Source: Escherichia coli
GTDB lineage: Bacteria > Pseudomonadota > Gammaproteobacteria > Enterobacterales > Enterobacteriaceae
Length of the DNA stretch: 64,000 nt
NCBI RefSeq assembly: GCF_024502345.1
Contig: NZ_JALDNN010000001.1
Strand: one strand, 5' to 3'
Shown here in pieces: positions 55,037 through 63,731 of the stretch (position 1 is its first letter; the number at the start of each line of letters is the position of its first letter). Position numbers and translations under genes: made by a program. The notes under the pieces are model-generated. The model was not told the DNA's origin, did not search any database, and was given only the letters and a program-made list of their open reading frames with translations.

Positions 55037-55354
55037 TTATTCTATTTCTTGGTTGAATATATTCTGTAGTTCACGATTAAAAATTGCTATTACAGTTTCA
55101 GGTGATTCACCTCGTAATTTCCGCTCATCAATACACTCATCTCTTATATAAATCAACGCATCATTTATTAGCGGGTCAGCATCTTCTCGATCACGTTGAT
55201 GAAATGTTGGATGTAGCCGGAATCGCTCCAGTCGATAGACGGAACCTGTAAATAATTCAGAGCATTTATGGATCTCAAGTCTGAAGGAAAACGGATCTTC
55301 AGGTACAGGGACCTCATAATCGTAAATAGCAACTAGCTCTTTTTGCACGATCAT
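55037..55354 (-). CDS. yehK: Small uncharacterised protein of the yeh cassette
   Basis: 105-aa ORF with no motif I recognise. AT-rich (about 37-38% GC in two sampled 60-nt lines). Confidence 0.75.
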   Translation of the reverse strand: MIVQKELVAIYDYEVPVPEDPFSFRLEIHKCSELFTGSVYRLERFRLHPTFHQRDREDADPLINDALIYIRDECIDERKLRGESPETVIAIFNRELQNIFNQEIE

Positions 55355-55414
55355 CGCTTTCCCCGCTGGTAAGTCGTGTAGATAACGGGCAGTCGCATCA
55401 CTGCCCGCTGTGTT

Positions 55415-57622
55415 TTAATGGAAAATGACGTCAGGTGCGCTTAACGCCTCACTCAAATCAAACACATCAAGTTCGGCAAAAGTGACGGATTTATTGTCAC
55501 GGTACACTCGAAGAGAACGGAAGCTCATTAGCGCTTTGCTATCAACATTGTAGTGGTTAAAACCGGGTGAAAACTTAAGGACCAGCCGGTACTCGCCCAG
55601 GTCATAGACAAATGCATCCTCATAGCCTGACTCCCAGCCTTTGTATCGCATTCCCATAAGCTGCCCAACGGTAGCGGATTTACCTTCCCAGCGAGTCAGG
55701 CTGTTACTGGTTGACTCGTCAGGTGTGAGCAGCACCGTGCACCGCGCCAACTGGCGAAAAGGCGGCATAATTTCGTAATCGGCAAAAAGCTGTGCAAATT
55801 CACTGCGCATTTCTACTGTCATTTCTAACGGGTGGGCAATGCCAATCAGAGCGTCCGCAGGCAGGTCAATTGGCTCATCTTGCGCATTGCAGAACTCCCC
55901 CTCTGCGGCCACACGAAAGGCGTTGAGTAAACAACGCGGTTCATTTGCCGGATAAGCCCCCCATATTAATCGCTGGGTAACCAGACGGGTAAAGGGATGA
56001 TTAACAAACAGAGAATGAAAATCTGCCAGCGACCAGCGTCGGGTGGTACGTAGGGCCGTTTCAAGACGCGGGAGCAGGTTTTTGCTCACCTGAGTGGCAT
56101 CTTTTTTTAGCCCTTTTAGTCGGGCCAGTGCCTCGGGCGCTTTCAGTTGATCGTCATCGGCGCGCAACCGGGGAACGCTTTTCTGGCGAACGTTTTGCTG
56201 ATCAAAGATAACCGGGTTGAGGTTTTCATCGAAGCGAACGGTAAACTGCCGGGGACCAAAATCAAAACTCAACGCCTGCGGATCATCAAGGCCCAGGGTT
56301 GGGACTAATCTGTCCGCTAGCTCTTCCTGGCTTAGCCCGCGATTTTCTGCGACCACCTGAAGAAATTCCGCCGCGTTATCACGTAAGGGGCGGGATTTCG
56401 CCCGTTGCGATATATGATGCAGCTGTATCAGCGCCATATCATTATTCATCAGGGTAAGGATGTTCAGGCCACTGACAGCACGGGCAGATTTGCCTTCTTG
56501 TGGCCAGCCGAGGATCTGTGTCGTTAGATCCCGTGCCGTGCTTTCGTCACCAAAGAGACTTAACGCCAGAAATGCCCAGTTGTCTTTTACGGGGGCACCA
56601 GCTTGTTGCCACGCAGTGAAGAGATCCCAGGCAAAAGCTGCCAGCGTTTGTGGCTGGCAGAACGTTTTCAGTTGTTCCAGCCCGCTATAAAAACGTCCCC
56701 CCTGGGTAAAGCGCAGCATTTCGCCGATAATTTCCAGAGCGTCATCGGTAACAGGTTGATTATTAGTGATAAGGCGCGGCCTGGACCACATTTGCGGATG
56801 CCAGAAATCAGGGGCTTTTGGAATGCGTGCCGGGTAAATCTCTATTGGACTCTGTTTAAGTAATTGTTCCAGGGCAGGCCATAGATCTGTACGCTGCCAA
56901 CGATTGGCTACAGTTTGTAGCAATTCGCCATGCCCATGTTCGTAAAGTAAACGCAGGGCAAGTAATGCAGCTTCGCTTTTATCGCTAGATTTGGTGAAGA
57001 CAAGAGGGATAAGTGCAGTAGCCGTATGTTCCGGCCATTGTAAAATCCACTGGCGAGCCAGATTACGCTGGCCCGCAAAACGCTGCCAGCAGCTTTCCTC
57101 TGCCAGAGAGAGATGCTTACGCAGTCGGAGATCGAATTCGTTATAGGTTTCTGAGCGATAACCATAGCCATAATCCTCGTCCTGATACTGCAATGTCACT
57201 ACCAGAGGATCACTCTCATAACACCGCGCAATAAACTGGCGTGCAATCACCACCTCAGTCGCATATTCCAGCCCCTCTTGTTGGACGATTTCGTCGAGCA
57301 ACTGTTGGCTGTCATTTTGCGCGATACAGGCTAGCGCCGCCATTGTCCGGGGCGGGATTGAGGGTTTGTGTTCGCCGATCAAGTTGATGGCCTGCGTGAT
57401 GGCGGACTGCCACTCCAGTGAAAAATTTTCATAACGCCAGACAATGTTTTTTTTCTTCTCAGCTTTTTGTAGCAATTCATCACCCAGTGTCTGAATGATG
57501 CTTTCAGTGATAACAGGCACTGGTTCGCCCGGCCAATTGCGATGGCTGAGTGGTGTTTTACCATTTTTATATTTCAGTTCCAGTTGGGCGTTATCAGCCA
57601 GCCACGGTAATTCCTTGTCCAT
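55415..57622 (-). CDS. yehI: DUF4132-like protein, paralog of YehH/MolR with the central region missing
   Basis: 735-aa ORF. N-terminal 180 aa and C-terminal about 550 aa align with YehH residues about 110-295 and about 697-1264. The YehH 296-696 equivalent is absent (junction ...SLAEESCWQRFAGQRNLARQWILQWPEH). I remember K-12 YehI as 1210 aa. Confidence 0.8.
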   Translation of the reverse strand: MDKELPWLADNAQLELKYKNGKTPLSHRNWPGEPVPVITESIIQTLGDELLQKAEKKKNIVWRYENFSLEWQSAITQAINLIGEHKPSIPPRTMAALACIAQNDSQQLLDEIVQQEGLEYATEVVIARQFIARCYESDPLVVTLQYQDEDYGYGYRSETYNEFDLRLRKHLSLAEESCWQRFAGQRNLARQWILQWPEHTATALIPLVFTKSSDKSEAALLALRLLYEHGHGELLQTVANRWQRTDLWPALEQLLKQSPIEIYPARIPKAPDFWHPQMWSRPRLITNNQPVTDDALEIIGEMLRFTQGGRFYSGLEQLKTFCQPQTLAAFAWDLFTAWQQAGAPVKDNWAFLALSLFGDESTARDLTTQILGWPQEGKSARAVSGLNILTLMNNDMALIQLHHISQRAKSRPLRDNAAEFLQVVAENRGLSQEELADRLVPTLGLDDPQALSFDFGPRQFTVRFDENLNPVIFDQQNVRQKSVPRLRADDDQLKAPEALARLKGLKKDATQVSKNLLPRLETALRTTRRWSLADFHSLFVNHPFTRLVTQRLIWGAYPANEPRCLLNAFRVAAEGEFCNAQDEPIDLPADALIGIAHPLEMTVEMRSEFAQLFADYEIMPPFRQLARCTVLLTPDESTSNSLTRWEGKSATVGQLMGMRYKGWESGYEDAFVYDLGEYRLVLKFSPGFNHYNVDSKALMSFRSLRVYRDNKSVTFAELDVFDLSEALSAPDVIFH

Positions 57623-57631
57623 GCTCTTTCC

Positions 57632-60600
57632 TTATTCAAACAGGGCTTCAATATCGTTAATTAGCTCGCTGGCGGTGATGGCATCGAGTACGGAGAGCTG
57701 CGCTTCCTGTGTTGAATTACTCCCCCAGCCATAGCTTTCCGCTTTGCCTTCCCATAGCCACAGCTTGCTTAAGAGCTGCTCAGCGCTAAGTTCGGCTGGT
57801 GACATACCCACTGCAAAGCCTTCATCGATTTCCATGATTAACGACCAGCGGCCCAGAGGTTTGATCATCCAGCCGATCCAGCCTCCATCCTGTGGTTCGC
57901 CCTTTATCCAGCCTTTATTCGCCAGCCCCATTACCCGACCGCTCGGGCATTTTCTGCTTGCCCAGCGGGTCAGTTCGCTGGCATTGCGCTCGGTTTCTGT
58001 CAGGGCGTAACTGTTACGGTCGAGCTGGCGGAACGGCGGTAGCAGTTCGTAGTCGGCAAAAAGCTGCCCAAATGCGGCGGCATCCGTCGGTGATATTTCC
58101 AGAACGTGAGGAATACCAACAGAGATATCGCCTTCCGGCAGGGTGAAAAGATCATCGTCAGCGGTGCTGTAGCTGTTATCTTCCGCTACGCGAAAGCAAG
58201 CCAGTAGCTGGTTTTCGGCGCTATAAACACCCCAAATCAGACGGCGGGTTAAGTGGCGAACCAACGGATGCTCAACCAGGAAGAGCTGGAAGTTTTCCGG
58301 CGACCAGCGGCGGCGCAGGCACATGGCGGATTCCAGCCTTGCTACCTGCTGGGCGGCGACGGTACGCGCATCTTTTTTCAGCAATTTGTAGCGGTTAACC
58401 GCATCGTTCGCCTGTGATTCATCATCGCTTTTATTGGGTTTAGGTAAGTCTTTCAGGCGGCTGCCGGAAACATCACGCACAAACGGTTTTAAGGTTTCAT
58501 CAAAGCTGACGGTGAACTGGCGTGGGCCAAAATCCAGCAGCAACGAACCGTTATCATCCAGACCGAGATCCGGTGCTAACCGATCTTCAAGCTCCGCCAC
58601 TGTCAGTTCGCGACTTTCGGCAATGTCGGCAATTTTCTCTTTCGCCCGCTCCTGTAATGCTTTGAATTTCAGTTTCTGGGCAATGCCGTTAAGCTGCATC
58701 AGGGCGATATCACTACCGATAGCGGCGAGAATATCCAACCCAACGGTGGCGCGTTTATGCTGAGATTCGCCAGGCCAGGCGCGGATTAATGGCGTCAGTT
58801 TGCGGGCGGTGTCATCGTTGCCGAGAACACCTAACGCAATGAACGCCCAGCTTTCTTTCGATGGCGCGCCCGCAGTCAGCCAGGCGGTAAACAGATCCCA
58901 GGCAAATTCAGCCAGTGAGTCGGCGGTACAGGCATCTTTCACCTGCAATAATCCCGGATACAGAGCCTCTTCCTGAGGGAAGCGGAGCATTTCACCGAGG
59001 TGCTGGAGTGCGCTATCGGGCAGTGATTGGGCGTTTGCTTTTAATACCGGGCGCGTCCAGAGCGATGGCTGATAAAAGGCCGGAAGAGTGGGGATTTTTG
59101 TCGGGTGATTATCTAAGGGATCGAGCGCAAGCAGAGCGTTCACCGCGTCTGTTACTTCCGGCTGGTTATAACGCCGGGCGATTTCTTGCAGTAATGGCTG
59201 ATGACCATTTTCGGTAAGCATACGCAAGGCAGCGCGGGCGTTATCCTGTGCTTCACCGGCTTTGCCGAGCGCCGCAGGCAGCAGGCCGGTAAGGGCATGT
59301 TCCGGGTATTTCAGCAGCCAGGTGCGGGCGTCTTGTCGTAGGGTTTTGAGTTTGTTGAAGGCGCGGGCGACGGCAGGAGCTAGCTCACTCGCTGCGAAGT
59401 AATTCGTGATGGGCAAGGCTTCCTGCGGATAGCGTGTAATTGAGTTAACTAAACCAGGTAAACCTTTGAGTCCAAAATGTAACATGGCGTATTCGGTATC
59501 GGTATGTGGAGATAGAGTAAGGGCATTCCATGCTTTTACTGCTTTCTCCAGCGGCAATGTTGTCAAAATCCCCAAATGCCAATAATGCCCGGTAGGTGAA
59601 TGAAACACCTTAAATTCACTTATTAAGGTTGAATAATCTTCATTTAGCCATGCCTCAACTACCGCTTCGGGAGCTTTAATATATGTACCAGCGATCCGTC
59701 GTTGAAAACCCATCCTTGCCAACAGGTTGGTAGTACTTTCTTCATGGCTAACCGTGATGTGTTGTGAATACCAGATATATTTCGCCAAAAGTTGATTACT
59801 GATTTCTTCTGTCATATAACAGATTGGCTCAATGCCTAATGGCGCTAAATCCAGCACCGGAATCGGCGATTTTTTCTTTTTCGAAAGCCATGGTGGGGAG
59901 ACTACTATGGCAGGCAGTAGATCGGCGCAGGCATGGTTTGAGGGCTGTGTCAGTTGTTGCTGGCATGATTTCAGTACGGCAACTGCGGGTGTCGAGAGCC
60001 AGGGAAGGACCTGTTCTGCCAGTGCTGGTTGTGAGATAAGCATTGTCATTAGCATAATGCGCCAACTGTTCTCTTCTTTTTGCCCAAGAAGTTCCGTCAG
60101 TGCCGCCATTGCTGCATGTGGGAACGCAGCAATGGCTTTCGTCATCCGATCGTGACAGCGTTTAGTTTGCCCGGCTACACGTATAAGCAGTGTCAATGCG
60201 ACCGGATGATTGATATGACGCAACACATCGGCGCAGTAGTCACTTGCGGCATAGGGAGCAAATCGGGGCAGGGCTGCAACACCTTGCTCCTGTAATACGG
60301 TGGCTGACCATATCGCACCACAATAGTAATCATCAAAAATGGCATATGGCTCGTGATATTTTTCTAATGAGGCAAGAATGTGCTCATCAGTCGCCACTAT
60401 TTTTAACCACTCAAGCGAGGGTAATTTTTTTTGCCCCAGTAGACGCTGGGCAATTTCATGTGCAATTTCTGGTTTTTCGGGTAATAACAAAGCAATTAAT
60501 GGTTGCCGCCATTCTGGAATATGTGGAATTGCGGCAATAAGTTTTTGTGCACATTTTTGCCAGAGAGACTCTTCCGCCAGTGATAAATGTTTACGTAGGC

Positions 60601-61426
60601 GTAATTCAAATCTGGAATATTGCTCCAAGTAGTTAGGTGCAATGCCAGACGGCAGAATAATAATGACATTATTCGCATAATCCCATTCAATATCAATCTG
60701 TTGAAGGTGTATTATTACATCAGTAGCATATGCCAGACCGCCTTCCTGGACGATCTGATCCATAACATCCTCACGCACTTTATATCTTGTGCATTTCATT
60801 TCAAGTGCCGTGAGTACAGCCATTACTGGTGATGGTAACTGTGTTGTTTTCAGGCCGTCGATCTGACTGATCGCCTGGGCGACGGTGTTTTGCCATTCTA
60901 AAGAACAGGCGCTGAAGTCAAATGTGGCTGTTTTATTATCCCGTTGCGACACACTACAGGCTAAGCGACGTAAGTGGGTCAATTTGTCTGCTTGCTGAAC
61001 AGGAACTTCGGGAAAGCGGCGATGGCTTAACGTGGTGTGTACAACTTCGGGCGGAAAAACGACAGCAATATCTTTCGCCAGCCACGGTAAAACAGCATCT
61101 GTATTTTTGTCAGCCGCACGGGTTTCTGCTACGAAAGAGGGTTGTTCCTGAATAATGGTGGATAAGTCCGCTACCTTGAGAGAGCCCGTTACCGTTTGGG
61201 AAGGTTGCAAAGAATTATCCTTCGCTTGCTCCATATATCCCTTCTTCACCTTCTCCGCAATCAGCTTCAGTTCCGCTTTTGCCGCCGCTGCAGCATCTGC
61301 AAAGCTTTTTACCTGACTTTGCCCGTTAGTGCCGACTTTACCCCAGTTGATATGCAGCTCGTTGTCTTGCTGCTCCACCGCCCAGAATTTATGTGATTTT
61401 TCGTCCTGATAGATATAACTCTTCAT
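57632..61426 (-). CDS. molR: WGR-domain + DUF4132-like giant protein (MolR), apparently intact
   Basis: 1264-aa uninterrupted ORF. N-terminal WGR-like module MKSYIYQDEKSHKFWAVEQQDNELHINWGKVGTNGQSQVKSF...KVKKGY. Synteny with K-12 yehH/molR, which I remember as a fragmented pseudogene in K-12. Confidence 0.85.
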   Translation of the reverse strand: MKSYIYQDEKSHKFWAVEQQDNELHINWGKVGTNGQSQVKSFADAAAAAKAELKLIAEKVKKGYMEQAKDNSLQPSQTVTGSLKVADLSTIIQEQPSFVAETRAADKNTDAVLPWLAKDIAVVFPPEVVHTTLSHRRFPEVPVQQADKLTHLRRLACSVSQRDNKTATFDFSACSLEWQNTVAQAISQIDGLKTTQLPSPVMAVLTALEMKCTRYKVREDVMDQIVQEGGLAYATDVIIHLQQIDIEWDYANNVIIILPSGIAPNYLEQYSRFELRLRKHLSLAEESLWQKCAQKLIAAIPHIPEWRQPLIALLLPEKPEIAHEIAQRLLGQKKLPSLEWLKIVATDEHILASLEKYHEPYAIFDDYYCGAIWSATVLQEQGVAALPRFAPYAASDYCADVLRHINHPVALTLLIRVAGQTKRCHDRMTKAIAAFPHAAMAALTELLGQKEENSWRIMLMTMLISQPALAEQVLPWLSTPAVAVLKSCQQQLTQPSNHACADLLPAIVVSPPWLSKKKKSPIPVLDLAPLGIEPICYMTEEISNQLLAKYIWYSQHITVSHEESTTNLLARMGFQRRIAGTYIKAPEAVVEAWLNEDYSTLISEFKVFHSPTGHYWHLGILTTLPLEKAVKAWNALTLSPHTDTEYAMLHFGLKGLPGLVNSITRYPQEALPITNYFAASELAPAVARAFNKLKTLRQDARTWLLKYPEHALTGLLPAALGKAGEAQDNARAALRMLTENGHQPLLQEIARRYNQPEVTDAVNALLALDPLDNHPTKIPTLPAFYQPSLWTRPVLKANAQSLPDSALQHLGEMLRFPQEEALYPGLLQVKDACTADSLAEFAWDLFTAWLTAGAPSKESWAFIALGVLGNDDTARKLTPLIRAWPGESQHKRATVGLDILAAIGSDIALMQLNGIAQKLKFKALQERAKEKIADIAESRELTVAELEDRLAPDLGLDDNGSLLLDFGPRQFTVSFDETLKPFVRDVSGSRLKDLPKPNKSDDESQANDAVNRYKLLKKDARTVAAQQVARLESAMCLRRRWSPENFQLFLVEHPLVRHLTRRLIWGVYSAENQLLACFRVAEDNSYSTADDDLFTLPEGDISVGIPHVLEISPTDAAAFGQLFADYELLPPFRQLDRNSYALTETERNASELTRWASRKCPSGRVMGLANKGWIKGEPQDGGWIGWMIKPLGRWSLIMEIDEGFAVGMSPAELSAEQLLSKLWLWEGKAESYGWGSNSTQEAQLSVLDAITASELINDIEALFE

Positions 61427-61521
61427 CCGCGTTTCCTGTATTTATATCCAGTTATAAGCGGATGCTAGCAGTTAATGAAAAAAATTAAGAGCGTTGAACA
61501 AACAAGAAAACAACTTTAGGA

Positions 61522-61557
61522 ATTTATAAAGAAAAGGCGCTGTCGATGCAGCGCCTT
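61522..61557 (-). terminator. metG rho-independent terminator
   Basis: On the minus strand: AAGGCGCTG-catcga-CAGCGCCTT followed by TTCTTTAT. Confidence 0.8.
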
Positions 61558-61566
61558 GAAGGGGGA

Positions 61567-63600
61567 TTATTTCACCTGATGACCCGGTTTAGCACCAGCA
61601 TCCGGGCTTAGCAGGAAAATATCTTTCCCGCCAGGACCGGCAGCCATCACCATGCCTTCGGAGATACCGAAGCGCATTTTACGTGGTGCCAGGTTAGCCA
61701 CCATAATGGTGTGACGACCAATCAGTGCCTGCGGATCCGGGTAAGCAGAACGAATGCCGGAGAAGACATTACGCTTTTCGCCGCCGAGATCCAGCGTCAG
61801 GCGTAGCAGTTTGTCAGAACCTTCAACAAACTCTGCGTTTTCAATCAGCGCCACGCGCAGGTCAACTTTGGCGAAGTCGTCAAAGGTGATGGTTTCCTGA
61901 ATCGGATCATCTGCCAGCGGGCCAGTTACCGGCGCGGCAGCTGCTTTCACTTCTTCTTTAGACGCTTCCACCAGTGCTTCAACCTGCTTCATATCTATGC
62001 GGTTATACAGCGCCTTGAACGGATTCACTTTATGGCCCAGCAGCGGTTGCTGGATACCATCCCAGGTCAGTTCCGTATTAAGGAATGCTTCTGCGCGCTC
62101 GGTCAGTTTCGGCAGTACCGGCTTCAGGTAAGTCATCAGCACGCGGAACAGGTTTATGCCCATTGAGCAAATTGCCTGCAGGTCGGCATCGCGGCCTTCC
62201 TGTTTCGCTACCACCCACGGAGCCTGTTCATCGACATAGCGGTTAGCCAGATCAGCCAGCGCCATGATTTCGCGCACTGCTTTACCAAATTCGCGGCTTT
62301 CCCACGCTTCACCAATCACTTCAGCGGCATCAGTGAAGGTTCTGTACAACTGCGGGTCAGCCAGTTCGCTTGCCAGCACGCCGTCAAAACGCTTGTTGAT
62401 AAAGCCCGCGTTGCGGGAGGCCAGGTTAACCACTTTGTTCACGATATCGGCATTCACGCGCTGAACGAAATCTTCCAGGTTGAGATCGATATCATCAATG
62501 CGCGAAGAGAGTTTCGCAGTGTAGTAGTAACGCAGGCTGTCGGCGTCAAAATGATTCAGCCAGGTGCTGGCTTTAATAAAGGTACCGCGAGACTTAGACA
62601 TCTTCGCGCCGTTCACCGTCACATAGCCATGAACAAACAGGTTGGTCGGCTTGCGGAAGTTGCTGCCTTCCAGCATTGCTGGCCAGAACAGACTGTGGAA
62701 GTAAACAATATCTTTACCGATGAAGTGGTACAGCTCGGCGGTGGAGTCTTTCTTCCAGTATTCATCGAAGCTTACGCTGTCGCCGCGCTTGTCGCACAGA
62801 TTCTTGAAAGAACCCATATAGCCAATCGGCGCATCTAGCCAGACGTAGAAATATTTACCCGGCGCGTTCGGAATTTCAAAACCGAAGTACGGCGCGTCGC
62901 GGGAGATATCCCACTGTTGCAGGCCAGATTCAAACCACTCCTGCATTTTATTTGCCACCTGCTCCTGCAACGCACCGCTGCGGGTCCATGCCTGCAACAT
63001 TTCGCTGAAAGAGGGCAGATCAAAGAAGAAGTGTTCAGAATCACGCATTACCGGCGTAGCGCCAGAAACCACCGATTTCGGCTCGATCAATTCAGTCGGG
63101 CTGTAGGTCGCGCCGCAGACTTCGCAGTTATCGCCGTATTGATCCGGGGATTTACATTTCGGGCAGGTGCCTTTTACAAAACGGTCCGGCAGGAACATGC
63201 CTTTTTCCGGATCGTACAGCTGAGAGATGGTGCGGTTTTTAATAAAACCGTTTTCTTTCAGGCGAGAGTAGATAAGTTCTGACAACTGGCGGTTCTCTTC
63301 GCTGTGCGTCGAGTGATAGTTGTCATAGCTGATGTTAAAGCCTGCGAAATCAGTCTGATGCTCCTGACTCATTTCGCCAATCATCTGCTCCGGGGTGATA
63401 CCAAGCTGCTGAGCTTTCAGCATGATCGGTGTACCGTGGGCATCGTCGGCGCAGATGAAGTTGACCTCGTGGCCGCGCATTCGCTGGTAACGGACCCAGA
63501 CATCAGCCTGGATGTGCTCCAGCATATGGCCGAGGTGGATTGAGCCGTTAGCGTACGGCAGTGCGCACGTCACCAGAATTTTCTTCGCGACTTGAGTCAT
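61567..63600 (-). CDS. metG: Methionyl-tRNA synthetase
   Basis: ORF track 680 aa. Trimmed to [29 protein letters not shown] (HIGH motif), giving 677 aa. KMSKS present. Confidence 0.97.
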   Translation of the reverse strand: MTQVAKKILVTCALPYANGSIHLGHMLEHIQADVWVRYQRMRGHEVNFICADDAHGTPIMLKAQQLGITPEQMIGEMSQEHQTDFAGFNISYDNYHSTHSEENRQLSELIYSRLKENGFIKNRTISQLYDPEKGMFLPDRFVKGTCPKCKSPDQYGDNCEVCGATYSPTELIEPKSVVSGATPVMRDSEHFFFDLPSFSEMLQAWTRSGALQEQVANKMQEWFESGLQQWDISRDAPYFGFEIPNAPGKYFYVWLDAPIGYMGSFKNLCDKRGDSVSFDEYWKKDSTAELYHFIGKDIVYFHSLFWPAMLEGSNFRKPTNLFVHGYVTVNGAKMSKSRGTFIKASTWLNHFDADSLRYYYTAKLSSRIDDIDLNLEDFVQRVNADIVNKVVNLASRNAGFINKRFDGVLASELADPQLYRTFTDAAEVIGEAWESREFGKAVREIMALADLANRYVDEQAPWVVAKQEGRDADLQAICSMGINLFRVLMTYLKPVLPKLTERAEAFLNTELTWDGIQQPLLGHKVNPFKALYNRIDMKQVEALVEASKEEVKAAAAPVTGPLADDPIQETITFDDFAKVDLRVALIENAEFVEGSDKLLRLTLDLGGEKRNVFSGIRSAYPDPQALIGRHTIMVANLAPRKMRFGISEGMVMAAGPGGKDIFLLSPDAGAKPGHQVK

Positions 63601-63731
63601 AGTAGGCATTACTTCTTAATAGTGAAAAGGGGTTAGATAGTACCAAATGGGAAAATGTTAAGTAAGTACTTCTCTATATTCTTCAGGTAAACTATCAGCT
63701 GATGGTTTATCTATACAAAAAAGGAGTCGGG

